DNA of 64,000 bases from the human T2T-CHM13v2.0 reference genome, Homo sapiens, in assembly GCF_009914755.1 (NCBI RefSeq), contig NC_060945.1; one strand, given 5' to 3'. A model generated the notes under the pieces. The model searched no databases. It was not told the DNA's origin and worked only from the letters and a program-made list of their open reading frames with translations. Shown here piece after piece: positions 1 to 13,159 of the stretch (the stretch's first letter is position 1; each line of letters opens with the position of its first letter). The translations under genes and the position numbers were made by a program.

Positions 1-3000
1 AAGGTTCAACTCTGTGAGATGAGTGCACACATCACAGAGAAGTTTCTCAGAATGCTTCTGTCTAGTTTTTATGTGAATAGGTTTGTTTTACACCATAGGC
101 CTCTAAGCGCTTCAAATATCCACTTGCAGATTCACCAAAAACAGTGTTTCAAAACTGTTCAATCAAAGGAAAGGTTTAAATCTGTGAGATGAATGCACAC
201 ATCACAAAGAAGTTTCTTAAAATGCATCTGTCTAGTTTTGATGCAAAGATATTTGCTTTTCCACCAAAGGCCTAAAAGCACTCCAAATATTCACTTGCAG
301 ATTTTACAAAAAGAGTGTTTCAAAACTGCTCAATCAAAAGAAAGGTTCAACTCTGTGAGATGAATACACAAATCACAGAGAAATTTCTCAGAATGCTTCT
401 GTCTAGTTTATATGTGAAGATATTTCCTTTTACACCATAGACCTCAAACCGCTTCAAATATCCATTTACAGATACTACAAAAAGAGTGTTTCAAAACTGC
501 TCAATCAAAAGAAAGGTTCAACTCTGTCACATGAACGCGCACATCACAAAGAAGTTTTTCATAATTCTTCCGTCTAGTTTTTATGTGAAGATACTTCCTT
601 TTACACCGTATGCAGCAAAGCGCTCCAAATACCCTCCTGCAGATTCTACAAAATGAGTGTTTCAACACTACTCAATCAAAAGAAAGTTCCACTCTGTGAG
701 ATGAATGCACACATCACAAAGAAATTTCTCAGAATGCTTCTGTGTAGTTTTTATGTGATGATATTTCCTTTTCCACAATAGGCCTTAAAGCACTCCAAAT
801 ATCCACTTGCAGATTCTACAAAGGAGTGTGTCAAAACTGTGCAATCAAAAGAAAGATTTAACTCTGTGAGATGAATGCACACATCACCAAGAACTTTCTC
901 AGAATGCTTCTGTCTAGTTTTTATGTGAAGATATTTCCATTTCCACTGTGGGCCACAAAGGGCTCCAAATATCCACTTGCAGATTCTACAAAAAGAGTGT
1001 TTCAAAACTGCTAAATCAAAAGAAAGATTCTACTCTGTGAGTTGAATGCACACATCAAAGAAGTTTCTCAGAGTGCTTCCATCAAGTTTTTATGTGGAGA
1101 TATTTCCTTTTCCACCATAGGCCCCTAAGCGCTCCAAATATCCGCTTGCAAATTCTACAAAAAGAATGTTTGAAAACTGCTGAATCAAAAGAAAGGTTCA
1201 CCACTGTAAGATGAATGTGCACCTCACAAAGAAGTTTCTCAGAAAGATTCTGTCTAGTTTTTATGTGAAGATATATCCTTTTGCACCGTAGACCTCAAAA
1301 CGATCCATATATCCATTTGCAGATTCTACAAAAAGAGTGTTTCAAAACTGCTCAATCAAAAGAAAGGTTAAGTTCTGTGAGATGAATGCACACATTACAA
1401 AGAAGTTTCTCAGAATGCTGCTGTCTAGTTTTTATGTGAAGATGTTTCATTTTCCACCATATGCCTCAAAGTGCTCTAAATATCCACTTGCAGATTATAC
1501 AAAAAGAGTGTTTCAAAACAGCTCAATCAAAAGAAATGTTCAACTCTGTGAGATGAATGCAGACATCACAAAGAAGTTTCTCAGATTGCTTCTGTCTAGT
1601 TTTTATGTGAAGATATTTATTTTCCACCATAGGCCGCAAAGCACTCCAAATATCCACTTGCAGATTCTACAAAAAGAGTGTTTCAAAAGGCTAAATGAAA
1701 AGAAAGGTTCAACTCTGTGATATATATGCACACATCACAAAGAAGTTTCTCAGAATGCTTTTGTCTACTATTTATGTGAAGGTATTTCCTTTTCCAAAAT
1801 ATGCCCCAAAGTACTCCTATTATCCACAGGCAGATTCTACAAAAAGAGTGTCTCAAAATTGCTCAATCAAAAGAAAATTTCAACTCTGTGAGATGAATGC
1901 AAACATCACAAAGAAGTTTCTCAGAATGCTTCTGTCTAGTTTTTAAGTGAAGATATTTCCTTTTCCTCCATAGGCGTCAAAGTGCTCCAAATATCCTCTA
2001 GCAGATTCTACAAAAAGAGTGTTTCAAAACTGCTTAATCAAAAGAAATGTTCAACTCTGTGAGAGGAATGCACACATCACAAATAAGTTTCTCAGAATGT
2101 TTCCTCTAGTTTTTATGTGAAGATATTTCCTTTTCCACCATAGTCCTCAAAGCGCTCCAAATATCCACTGGCCAATTCTCCAAAAAGAGCATTTCAAAAC
2201 TGCTCAATCAAAAGAAATTTTCAAATCTGTGAGATGAATGTGCACATCACAAAGAAGTTTCTCAGAATGCTTCTGTGTAGCTTTTATGTGAAGATATTCC
2301 ATTTTCCACAATAGGCCTCAAGTGTCTCCAAAAGTCCACTTGCAGATTCTACAAAAAGAGAGTTTCAAAACTGCTCAGTCAAAAGAAAGGTTAAACTCTC
2401 TCTGATGAATGCACACATCACAAAGAAGTTTCTCAGAATGCTTCCATCTAGTTTTTATGTGGAGATATTTCCTTTTCCGCCATCGGCCCCTAAGCACTCC
2501 AAATATCCACTTATAGATTCTTCAAAAAGCGTGTTTCAAAACTGCTGAATCAAAAGAAAGGTTCAACTCTGTGAGTTGAATGCACATATCAGAGAAAAGT
2601 TTCTCAGAATGCTTCTATCTAGTTTATATGTGAAGGTATTTCCTTTTCCATCATACTCATCAAAGCGTTCCAAATATTCACTTGCACATTCTACAAAAAG
2701 AGTGTATCAAATCTGCTCAGTGAAAAGAATGGTTCAATTTGGTGAGATAAATGAACACATCATGAGGAAGTTTCGCAGAATGCTTCTGTCTAGTTTTTCT
2801 GTGAAAATATTGCCTTTACTACCATAGGACACAATCGCTCCAAATATCTACTTTCAGATTCTACAAAAAGGGTGTTTCAATACTGCTCGATGAAAGGAAA
2901 GATTCAACCTGGTGAGATGAACGCACACATCACAAAGAAGTTTCTCAGAAGGCTTCTGTCTAGTTTTTATGTGAAGATATTTCCTTTTACACCATAGGCC

Positions 3001-3574
3001 ACAATTCGCTCCAAATATCCACTTGCAGATTCATCAAAAAGACTGTTTCAAAACCCTCAATCAAAAGAAAGTTTCAACACTGTGAGATGAATGCACACAT
3101 CACAAAGAAGTTTCTCAGAGTGCTTCTGTCTAGTTTTTATGTGAAGATATTTCCTTTTCCACCAGAGACCACAAATCGCTCCAAATACCCACTTGCATAT
3201 ACAACAAAAAGAGTGTTTCAAAACTGCTCAATCAAAAGAAAGGTTCAACTCTGTGAGATGAAGGCACTTATCACAGAGAAGTTTCTCAGAATGCTTCTGT
3301 CTAGTTTATATGTGAAGATATTTCCTTTTCCACGATAGACCTCAAACCGCTTCAAATATCCATTTACAGATACTACAAAAAGAGTGTTTCAAAACTGTTC
3401 AATCAAAAGAAAGGTTCAAATCTGTGAGTTGAATGCACAGATCGCCAAAAATTTCTCAGAATGCTTCTGTCTAGTTTTTATGTGAAGATAGTTCCTTTTC
3501 CACAATAGGCCCCAAAACGCTCCAAATATCCCCTTGCAGATACTACAAAAAGATGCTTTAAAAACTGCTCAATC
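1..3574 (-). repeat. Alpha satellite, divergent monomeric, layer A (monomers mostly TCTGTCTAG / CAAATATCC)
   Basis: ~171-bp periodic motif aaggttcaactctgtgagatgaatgcacacatcacaaagaagtttctcagaatgcttctgtctagtttttatgtgaagatatttccttttccaccatagg; A-type (pJalpha-like) box at the box position. Confidence 0.97.
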
Positions 3575-3959
3575 TTCTTAATCCAGTCTATATACACCAT
3601 GGAATACTATGAAGCCATAAAAAGTGATGAGTTCATAACCTTTTTAGGGACATGGATGAAATTGGAAGTCATCATTCTCAGTAAACTATCGCAAGAACAA
3701 AAAACCAAACACCGCATATTCTCACTCATAGGTGGGAATTGAACAATGAGATCACATGGACACAGGAAGGGGAACATCACACTCTGGGGACTGTTGTGGG
3801 GTGGGAGGAGGGGGGAGGGATAGCATTGGGATATATACCTAATGCTAGATGACAAGTTAGTGGGTGCAGCACACCAGCATGGCACATGTATACATATGTA
3901 ACTAACCTGCACAATGTGCACATGTACCCTAAAACTTAAAGTATAATAATAATAATAAT
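3575..3959 (+). mobile_element. LINE-1 3' end (L1PA2/L1PA3-like), 5'-truncated with a 17-bp 5' inversion; TSD AACTGCTCAATC
   Basis: L1 ORF2 end/3'UTR (atacaccatggaatactat...ggtgggaattgaacaatgag...G-rich tract...catgtaccctaaaacttaaagtataat); (TAA)n tail; direct repeat aactgctcaatc at 3563-3574 and 3960-3971; 3575-3591 is the reverse complement of L1 ATAGACTGGATTAAGAA. Confidence 0.96.
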
Positions 3960-4192
3960 AACTGCTCAATCAAAAGAAATGTTCAACTTTTTGAGATGAA
4001 CACACACATCACAAAGAAGTTTCTCAGCATGCTTCTATTTTTTATGTGAAGATATTTCCTTTTCCAAAATAGGCCAGAAAGGTCTGCAAATATCCACTTG
4101 CAGATTTTACAAAAAGAGAGAATCAAAACTTCTCAATCAAAAGATAGGTTCAGCTGTGTGAGTCTAATGCAGACATCACAAAAAAGTTTCTG

Positions 4193-7100
4193 AGAATGCT
4201 TCTGTGTAGTTTTTATGTGAAGATATTTCCTTTTCCACCATAGGCCTCAAAGCGCTCCAAATATCCACTTGCAGATTCTACAAAAGAGTGTGTCCAAACT
4301 GGTCAATCAAAAGAAAGGATCAACTCTCTGAGATGAATGCACACATCACAAAGAAGTTTCTCAGAATGCTTCTGTCTAGTTTTTATGTGAAGATATTTTC
4401 TTTTCCACAACAGGCCACAAAGCACTCTAAACATCCACTTGCAGATTCTACAAAAAGACGGTTTCAAAACTGCTCAATCAAAAGAAAGGTTCAACTCTGT
4501 GAGATGAATGTACACATTACAAAGACGTTTCTCAGAATGCTTCTTCATAGTTTTTATGTGAGGATATTTCCTTTTCCACCATAGGTCTAAATGTGCTCCA
4601 AATATCCACTTGCAGATTCTACAAAAAGAGTGATTAAAAACTGCTCAATCAAAGGATAGATTCAACTCGGTGAGATGAATGCACACATCCCAAATAAGTT
4701 TCTCAGAATGCTTCTGTGTAGTTTCTATGTGAAGATATTTCCTTTTCCACCAAAGATCTCAAAGCGCTAAAAATATCCCCTTGGAGATTCTACAAAAAGA
4801 ATGTTTCCAAACTGCTCAATAAAAAGAAAGGTTCAACTCTGTGTGATGAATGCACACGTCACAAAGTAGTTTCTCACAATGCTTCTTTGTAGTTTTTATG
4901 TGAAGATATTTCCTTTTCCACAATAGGCCTCAAAGTGCTCGAAACATTGACTTGCACATTCTACAAAACGAGTGTTTCAAAACTGCTCAATCAAAAGAAA
5001 GGTTCAGCTTTGTGAGATGAATGCACACAACACAAAGAAGTTTCTCAGAATTATTTTGTGTGGTTTTTATGTGAAGATATTTCCTTTTTCACACTTGGCC
5101 ACACAACGCACCAAATATCCACTTACAGAATCTGCAAAGACAGAGTTTCAAAACTGCTCTATAAAAAGATAGGCTCAACCCGGTGACTTGAATGCACACA
5201 TCTCAAAGAGGTGTCTCAGAATGCTTCTGCGTACTTTTTGTAAAGATATTTCCTTTTACACCATTCACCACAAAGTGCTCCAAACATCCACCTGCAGATG
5301 TTACAAAAAGAGTGTTTCCAAACTGATCAATGAAAAGAAAGGTTCAACTCTATGAGACGAATTCACACATCATGAAGAAGTTTCTCACAATACTTTTGTG
5401 TAGTTTTTATGTGAAGATATTTCCTTTTCCAAAATAGGCCTTAAAGGACTCCAAATATCCCCTTGCAGATTCTACAAAAAGGGCGTTTCAAAAGTGCTCA
5501 ATCAAAAGAGAGGTTCAACTCTTTGAGGGGAATGCACGCATAGCAAAGAAGTTTCTCAGAATGCTTCTGTGTAGTTTTTATGTGAAGATATTTCCTTTTC
5601 CACAGTAGGCCTCAAAGGGCTACAAATATACACTTGCAGATTCTACAAAAAGAGTGTTTCAAAACTGTTCAATCAAAAGAAAGGTTCAAGTCTGTGAGTT
5701 GAATGCACACATCATAAAGAAGTTTCTCAGAATGCTTATGTGCAGTTTTTATGTGAAGATATTTCCTTTTCCACAATTTGCCTCAAAGCACTCCAAATAT
5801 CCACCTGCAGATTCTGTAAAGATTGTTTCCAAACTGCTCAAAGAAAAGAAAGGTTCAACTTCGTGAGATTAATGCACTCATCACAAAGTAGTTTATCAGA
5901 ATGCTTCTGTGTCATTTTTATGTGAAGATATTTTCTTTTCCACAGTAGGCCTCAAAGTGTTTCAAATATCCACTTGCTTATTCTATTAAAAGAGAGTTTC
6001 CAAACTGTTCAGTCTAAAGAAAGGTTCAACTCTGTGAGATGAATGTGCACATCACAAAGAAGTTTCTCAGAGTTCTTCTGTGTAGTTTTTATGTGAAGGT
6101 ATTTCCTTTTACACAGTAGGCCACAAAGGGCTCCAAATATTCACCTGCAGATTCTCCAAAAAGAGAGTTTCTAAAATCCTCTACCAATAGATAGGTACAA
6201 CTCTGTGAGTTGAATGCACACATCACAAAGAAGTTTCTCAGAATGCTTCTGTGTAGTTTTTATGTGAAGATATTTCAATTTCCACAATAGTCCTCAAAGC
6301 GCTCTAAATATCCACTTTTAGATTCTACTAAAGAGTGTTTTCAAACTGCTCAATCAAAAGAATGGTAAAACACTGTGAGATGAATGCAAAAATCACAAAG
6401 AAGTTTCTCAGAATGCTTCTGTGTAGTTTTCATATGAAGATATTTCCTTTTCCACAATGGGCCTCAAAGCGCTCTGTGAGATGAATGCACACGTCACAAG
6501 ACATTTCCCAGAATGATTCTGTGTACTTTTCCTGTGAAGATACTTCCTTTTCCACAATAGTCCTCAAAGCTTTCCAAATATCCACTTGCAGATTCTACAA
6601 AAAGTGTGTTTCAAAAGTGCTCAATCAAAAGAAATGTTCTACTCTGTGAGATGAATGCAACATCACCAAGAAGTTTCTCAGAATGCTTCCGTGTAGTTTT
6701 TATGTGAAGATATTTCCTTTTACACCATAGACCTCAAATCGCTCCAACTATCCACTTGCAGATTCTACAAAAAGAGTGTTTCCAAACTGCTCATTCAAAA
6801 GAAAACTTCAACTCTGTGGGATGAGTAAACACCTCGCAAAGAAGTTTCACAGAATGATTCTGTGTAGTTTTTATGTGAAGATATTTCCTTTTCCACAATA
6901 GGCCTCAAAGCACCCCTAATATCCACTTGCAGATTCTACAAAAAGAGTGTTTCAAAACTGCTCAATCAAAAAAAGTTTCAATTCTTTGAGTTGAAAGCAT
7001 ACATCACAAAGAACTTTCTAAGAATGCTTCTGTATAGTTTTTATGTGAAGATATTTCATTTTCCACAATAGGCCTCAAAGAGCTCCAAATGTCCACTTCT

Positions 7101-10100
7101 AGTCACTACAAAAAGAGAGTTTCCAAAGTGCTAATGAAAAGAAGGGTTCAATTCTGTGAGATGAATGCATACATCACAAAGAAGTTTCTCAGAATGCTTC
7201 TGATTACTTTTTATGTGAAGATATTTCCTTTTCCACAATAGACCTCAAAGGGCTCCAAATATCCACTTTCAGATTGTACTAGAAGAGTGTTTCAAAAATG
7301 CTCAATCAAAAGAAAGTTTCAACTTTGTGAGGTGAATGCACACATCACAAGAAATTTCTCAGAATGCTTCTGTGTAATTTTTATGTGAACATACTTCCCT
7401 TTCCACAATAGTCAACAAAGCCCTGCAAATATACACTTGCACATTCTAGAAAAAGAGTGTTTCAAAACTGCTCAATCAAAAGAATGTTTCAACCCTGTGA
7501 GGTGAATGCACACATCACAAAGAAGTTTCTCAGAATGCTTCCGAGTAGTTTTTATGTGAAGATATTTCCTTTTCAACCGTAGGCCTAAAAGCACTCCAAC
7601 TATTCACTTGCAGATTCTACAAAAAGAGTGTTTCCAAACTGCTCAATCAAAAGAAAACTTCAACTCCATGAGGTGAGTAAACACAATGCAAATAAGTTTC
7701 ACAGAATGATTCTCCATAGTTTTTATGTGAAGATATTTCCTTTTCCACCACAAGCCGCAAATGTCTTTAAATATCCACTTCCAGGTTCTACAAAAAGAGA
7801 TATTCAAAACTGCTTAATCAAAAGGTAGGTTCGACTCTGTGAGTTGAATGCATACATCACAAAGTAGTTTCTCAGAACGCTTCTGTGTAGTTTTTATGTG
7901 AAGATATTTCCTTTTACACCATAGGCCTCAAAGCGCTCCAAATATCCACCTGGAGATTCCAAGAAAAGAGAAATTCAAAACTGCTTATCAAAAGATAGGT
8001 TCAACTCCGAGAGTTGAATGCACACATCACAAATAAGTTTCTAAGAATGCTTCTGTGTATTTTTTATGTGCAGAAATTACCTTTTCCTCAGTACACCTTA
8101 CAGAGCTGCAAATATCTACCTGCAGATCGCACTAAAAGAGTATTTCAAAACTGCACAATCAAAAGAAAGGTTCACCTCTGTGAAATGAATTCACACATCA
8201 CAAAAAGTATCTCAGACTGTTCCTGTGTAGTTTTTATGTGAAGATACTTCCTTTTACACAATAGCTGTCAAACGCTCCAAATATCCACTAGAAGATTCTA
8301 CAAAAAGAGTATTTCAAAACTGCTTAAACAAAAGAATGCTTCAACTCTGTCAGATGAATGCACACATCACAAAGAAGTTTCTCTGAATGCTTCTGTGTAG
8401 TTTTTATGTGAAGATATTTCCTTTTCCACTGTAGGCTGCAAAAGGCTCCAAATATCCACATGGAGATTCTACAAAAAGAATGTTTCCAAACTGGTCAATG
8501 AAAAGAAAGATACAACTCTGTGAGTTGAATGCACACATCACAAAGAAGTTTCTCAGAATTCTACTGTGTAGTTTCTATGTGTAGATATTTTCTTTTCCAC
8601 AAAAGGCCTCAAAGCGTTCCAATTATCCACTTGCAGATTCTACAAAAAGATTGTTACAAAACTGCTCAATGAAAAGAACGGTTCAACTCAGTGGGTGGAA
8701 TGCACACATCACAAAGAAGTTTCTCAGAATGTTTATGTGTAATTTTTATGTGAAGATAGTTCCTTTTCCGCAATAGGCCTCAAAGCGCTCCAAATATCTA
8801 CTTGCAGATTCTACAAAAAGTGTTTTTCAAAACTGCTCAATCAAAGCAAAAGTTCAACTCTGAGATGAATGCCCACATCACAAAGAAGTTTCTCAGAATG
8901 CTTCTGTGTAGTTTTCATGTGAAGATAATTCGTTTTCCACAATAGGCCTCAAAGCACCCCAAATATCCATTGCATATTCTACTAAAAGCATGTTATAAAA
9001 CTGCTGAATCAAAAGAAAGGTTCAACTCTGTGAGATGAATGCACAAGTCAAAATAAAGTATCTCAGAATGATTCTGTGTAGTTTTTGATGAAGATACTTC
9101 CTTTTCCACAAAAGACCTTAAAGGGCTCCTAATATCCACTTGCAGATTCTACAAAAAGAGAGATTCAAAACTGCTCAATCAAAAGATAGGTTCAACTGTG
9201 TGAGTTGAATGCACACATCACAAAGAAGTTTCTCAGAATGCTTCTGTGCAGTTTTTATGTGAAGATACATGCTTTTCCACAGTAGGCCTCGAAGCGCACC
9301 AAATATCCACTTGTAGATTCTACAAAAAGAGTGTTTCCAAACTGCTCAATCAAAAGCAAGTTTCAACTCTGTGAGATGAATGCACATAACACAAAGTAGT
9401 TTCTCAGAATGCTTCTGTGTATTTTTTGTGTGAAGATATTTCCTTTTCCACAATAGGCCTCAAAGCCCCCCAAATATCCACTTGAAGATTCTACAAAAAG
9501 AGGGTTTTAAAACTGCTCAATCAAAAGAAAGTTTCAACTCTGTGAGATGTATGCACACATCACAAAAAAGTTTCTCAGAATCCTTCTGTGTAGTTTTTCT
9601 GTGAAGATATTTCCTTTTCCAGAATAGCCCTCAAGGCGCTCCAAATATCCACTTGAAGATTCTGCAAAAAGAGTATTTCAAAACTGCTTAATCAAAAGAA
9701 TGCTTCAACTCCGTGTGATGAATGCACATATCACAAAGAAGTTTCTCAGAATGCTACTGTGTAGTTTTTACGTGAAGATATTTCCTTTTCCACCATAGGC
9801 TGCTACGTGGTCCAAATATCCACCTGCAGATTTTACAAAAGGAGAGTTTCAAAACTTCTCAATGAAAAGATAGGTTCAACTATGTGAGTTGAATGCACAC
9901 ATCACAAAGAAGTTTCCCAGAATGCTTCTGTGTAGTTTTTATGTAAAGATATTTCCTTTCTCAAATAGGCCTCAAAGTCCTGTAAATATACACTTCCGGA
10001 TTCTACAAAAGAGTGTTTCAAAGCTGCTCAATCGAAGGAAAATTTCAACTCTTTGTGATGTATGCACTCATCACAAAGTAGTTTCTGTGAATGCTTCTGT

Positions 10101-13100
10101 GTAGTTTTTATGTGAAGATATTTCCTTTTTCACAACTCCAAATATCCACTTCCAGATTCTACAAAAAGAGAGTTTCAAAACTGCTCAATCAAGAGATAGG
10201 TTCAACCCTGTGAGTTGAATGCACACATCAGAAAAAAGTTTCTGAAAATGCTTCTGTGTAGTTTTTATGTGAAGGTATTTCCTTTTCCAACATAGGCCTC
10301 AAAGTGATCAAATTATCCACCTGAAGATTCTACAAAAAGTGTGTTTCCAAACTGTTCAATGAAAAGAAAGGTTCAACCCTGTGAGATGAATGCACACATC
10401 ACAAGGAAGTTTCTCAGAATGGTTCTGTGTAGTTTTTATGTGAAGATGTTTCCCTTTACACGATAGGCCTCAAAGGGCTCCAAATATCCAGTTGAAGATT
10501 ATACAAAAAGAGTGTGTCCAAACTGCTGAATCAAAAGGAAAGTTCAGCTCTGTGAGATAAAAGTACACATCACAAAGAAGTTTCTCAGAATGCTTCTGTG
10601 TAGTTTTTATGTGAAGATGTTTCCTTTTCCACCATAGGCCGCCAAGGTCTCCAAGTATCCACTTTCAGATTCTACAAAAAGAGAGATTCAAAAGTGCTCA
10701 ATCAAAAGATAGATTCAAAACTGTGAGTTAAATGCACACATAACAATGAAGTTTCTCAGAATACTTCTGTGTAGTTTTTATGTGAAGATATTTCCTTTTA
10801 CACAATACGCCTCAAAGCACTAAAAATATCCACTTGCAGATTCTACAAAAATAGTGTTTTAAAACTGCTCAATCAAAAGAAAGTTTCAACTCTGTGAGGT
10901 GAATGCCCACATCACAAAGAAGTTTCTTAGATTGTTTATGTGTAGTTTTTATGTGAAGATATTTACTTTTCCACTGTCGGCCTCAAAGTGCTCCAAATAT
11001 CAACTTATAGACTCGCAAAAACAGTGTTTCAAAACCGCTTAATGAAAAACTAGGTTCATCTCTGTGAGATGAAGGCACACATCACAAAGAAGTTTCTCAG
11101 AATGCTTCTGTGTAGTTTTTATGGGAAGATAATTCCTGTTCCAAAATAGGCCTCAAAGCCCTCCAGATATCCACTTGCAGACTCTACAAAAAGTGTGTTT
11201 CATAACTGTTCAGTCAAAGAAATTTTCAACTCTGTGTGGTGAATGGACTCATCACAAAGTAGTTTCTCAGAATGCTTCTGTGTAGTTTTTTTGGGAAGAT
11301 ATTTCCTTTATCACAAGAGGCCACAAAGGGCTCCTAATATCCACTTGCAGATTCTACAAAAAGAGAGATTCAAAACTGCTCAATCAAAAGATAGGTTCAG
11401 CTCTGTGTGATTAATGCACTCATCACAAAGAAGTTTCTCAGAATGCTTCTGTGCAGTTTTTATGTGAAGATACATGCTTTTCCACAATAGTCCTCAAAGT
11501 GCTCCAAATTTCCACTTGCAGATTTTATAAAAAGATTGTTTCAAAAGTGCTCAATCATAAGATAGGTTCAACTCTGTAAGATGAATGCACACATCAAAAA
11601 GAAGTTTCTCAGAATGCTTCTATGTAGTTTTTACTTGAAGATATTTCCTTTTCCACCTTATGCTGTAAAGGGCTCCAAATATCCACTTGTAGATTCTTCA
11701 AAAAGAGAGATTCAAAACTGCTCAATCAAAAGATAGATTTAACTACGTGAGTTGAATGCACATATCTTAAAGATGTGTCTCAGAATGCTTCTGTCAGAAA
11801 GCTTCTGTGCAGTTTTTATTGGAAGATATTTCCTTTTCCTCTATAGGCTGCGAAGGGCTACATATATCCACTTGCAGATTCTACAAACAGAGAGATTCAA
11901 AACTGCTCAATCAAAAGATAGGTTCAACCTTGTGAGTTGAATGCACACATCACAAAGTAGTTTCTCAGAATGCTTCTGTGTATTTTTTATGTGAAGATAT
12001 TTACTTTTCCACAATAGGCCTCAAAGAGCTCCAAATATCCACTTGTAGATACACAAAAAGAGTGTTTCAAAACTTCTCAATCAAAGGAAAGGTTCAACTC
12101 TTTGAGATGAATGCGCCCATCACAAAGAAGTTTCTCAGAATGCCTCTGTGTAGTTTTTATTTGAAGATATTTGCTTTTCCGCAGTAGGCCTCAAAGCACT
12201 CCAAATATCCAGTTGCAGATTCTACAAAAATAGTGTTTCAAAAGTGCTCAATCAAACAAAAGTTCAACTCTGTGAGATGAATGCACACATCACAAAGAAG
12301 TTTCTGAGAATGCTTCTGTGTAGTTTTTATATGAAGATATTTCCTTTTCCACAATAAACCTCAAAGTGCTCCAAATATCCACTTGCAGATTCTACAAAGA
12401 GAGTGTTTCAAAACTGCTCAATCATAAGATAGGTTCCACACAGTGAGATGAATGCACAAATAACAAAGAAGTTTCTCAGAATGCATCTGTGTTGTTTTTA
12501 TTTTTAGATGTTTCCTTTTACTGCATAGGCTGCAAAGGGCTCAAAATATCCACCTGCAGATTCTACAAAAAGAGAGATTCAAAACTGCTCCATCAAAAGA
12601 AAGGCTCAACTCTGTGAGATGAATGCACACATCACAAAGAAGTTTCTCAGAATGCTTCTGTGTAGTTTTCATGTGAAGATATTGCTTTTCCACAGTAGCC
12701 CTCAAACCGCTCCAAATATCCACTTGCAGATTCTTCAAAAGCAGTGTTTCAAAACAGCTCAATCAAAATAAACGTTCAACTCTGTGAAATGAATGCACTC
12801 ATCACAAAGAAGTTTCTCAGAATTCTTCTGTGCAGTTTTTATGTGAAATTATTTCCTTTTCCACCACAGGCTGCAAAGGGCTCCAAATATCCACTTGCAG
12901 ATTCTACAATAAGAGAGATTGAAAACTGCACAATCAAAAGATAGGTTCAACTCTCCTAGTTGAATGCACACAGCACAAAGAATTTCCTCAGAATGCTTCT
13001 GTGTAGTTTTCTTTGGAAGATATTTCCTTTTCCACCATAGGACCCAAACTCTCTAAATATCCACTAGCAGATTCTACAAAAAGAGTGTTTCCAAACTGCT

Positions 13101-13159
13101 CAGTCAAAAGAAAGGTTCAACTCTGTGAGATGAATGCAAACATCGCCTAGAAGTTTCTC
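4193..13159. repeat. Copy 1 of an 8,967-bp tandem duplication (~53 alpha monomers)
   Basis: Every ORF from 4288 to 12944 recurs with identical translation at +8967; identity begins at 4193/13160 (G/C mismatch at 4192/13159). Confidence 0.96.

Noticed and set aside
3785-3820. G-rich tract able to form a G-quadruplex
   Set aside because: Standard L1 3'UTR polypurine tract, fully explained by the element.
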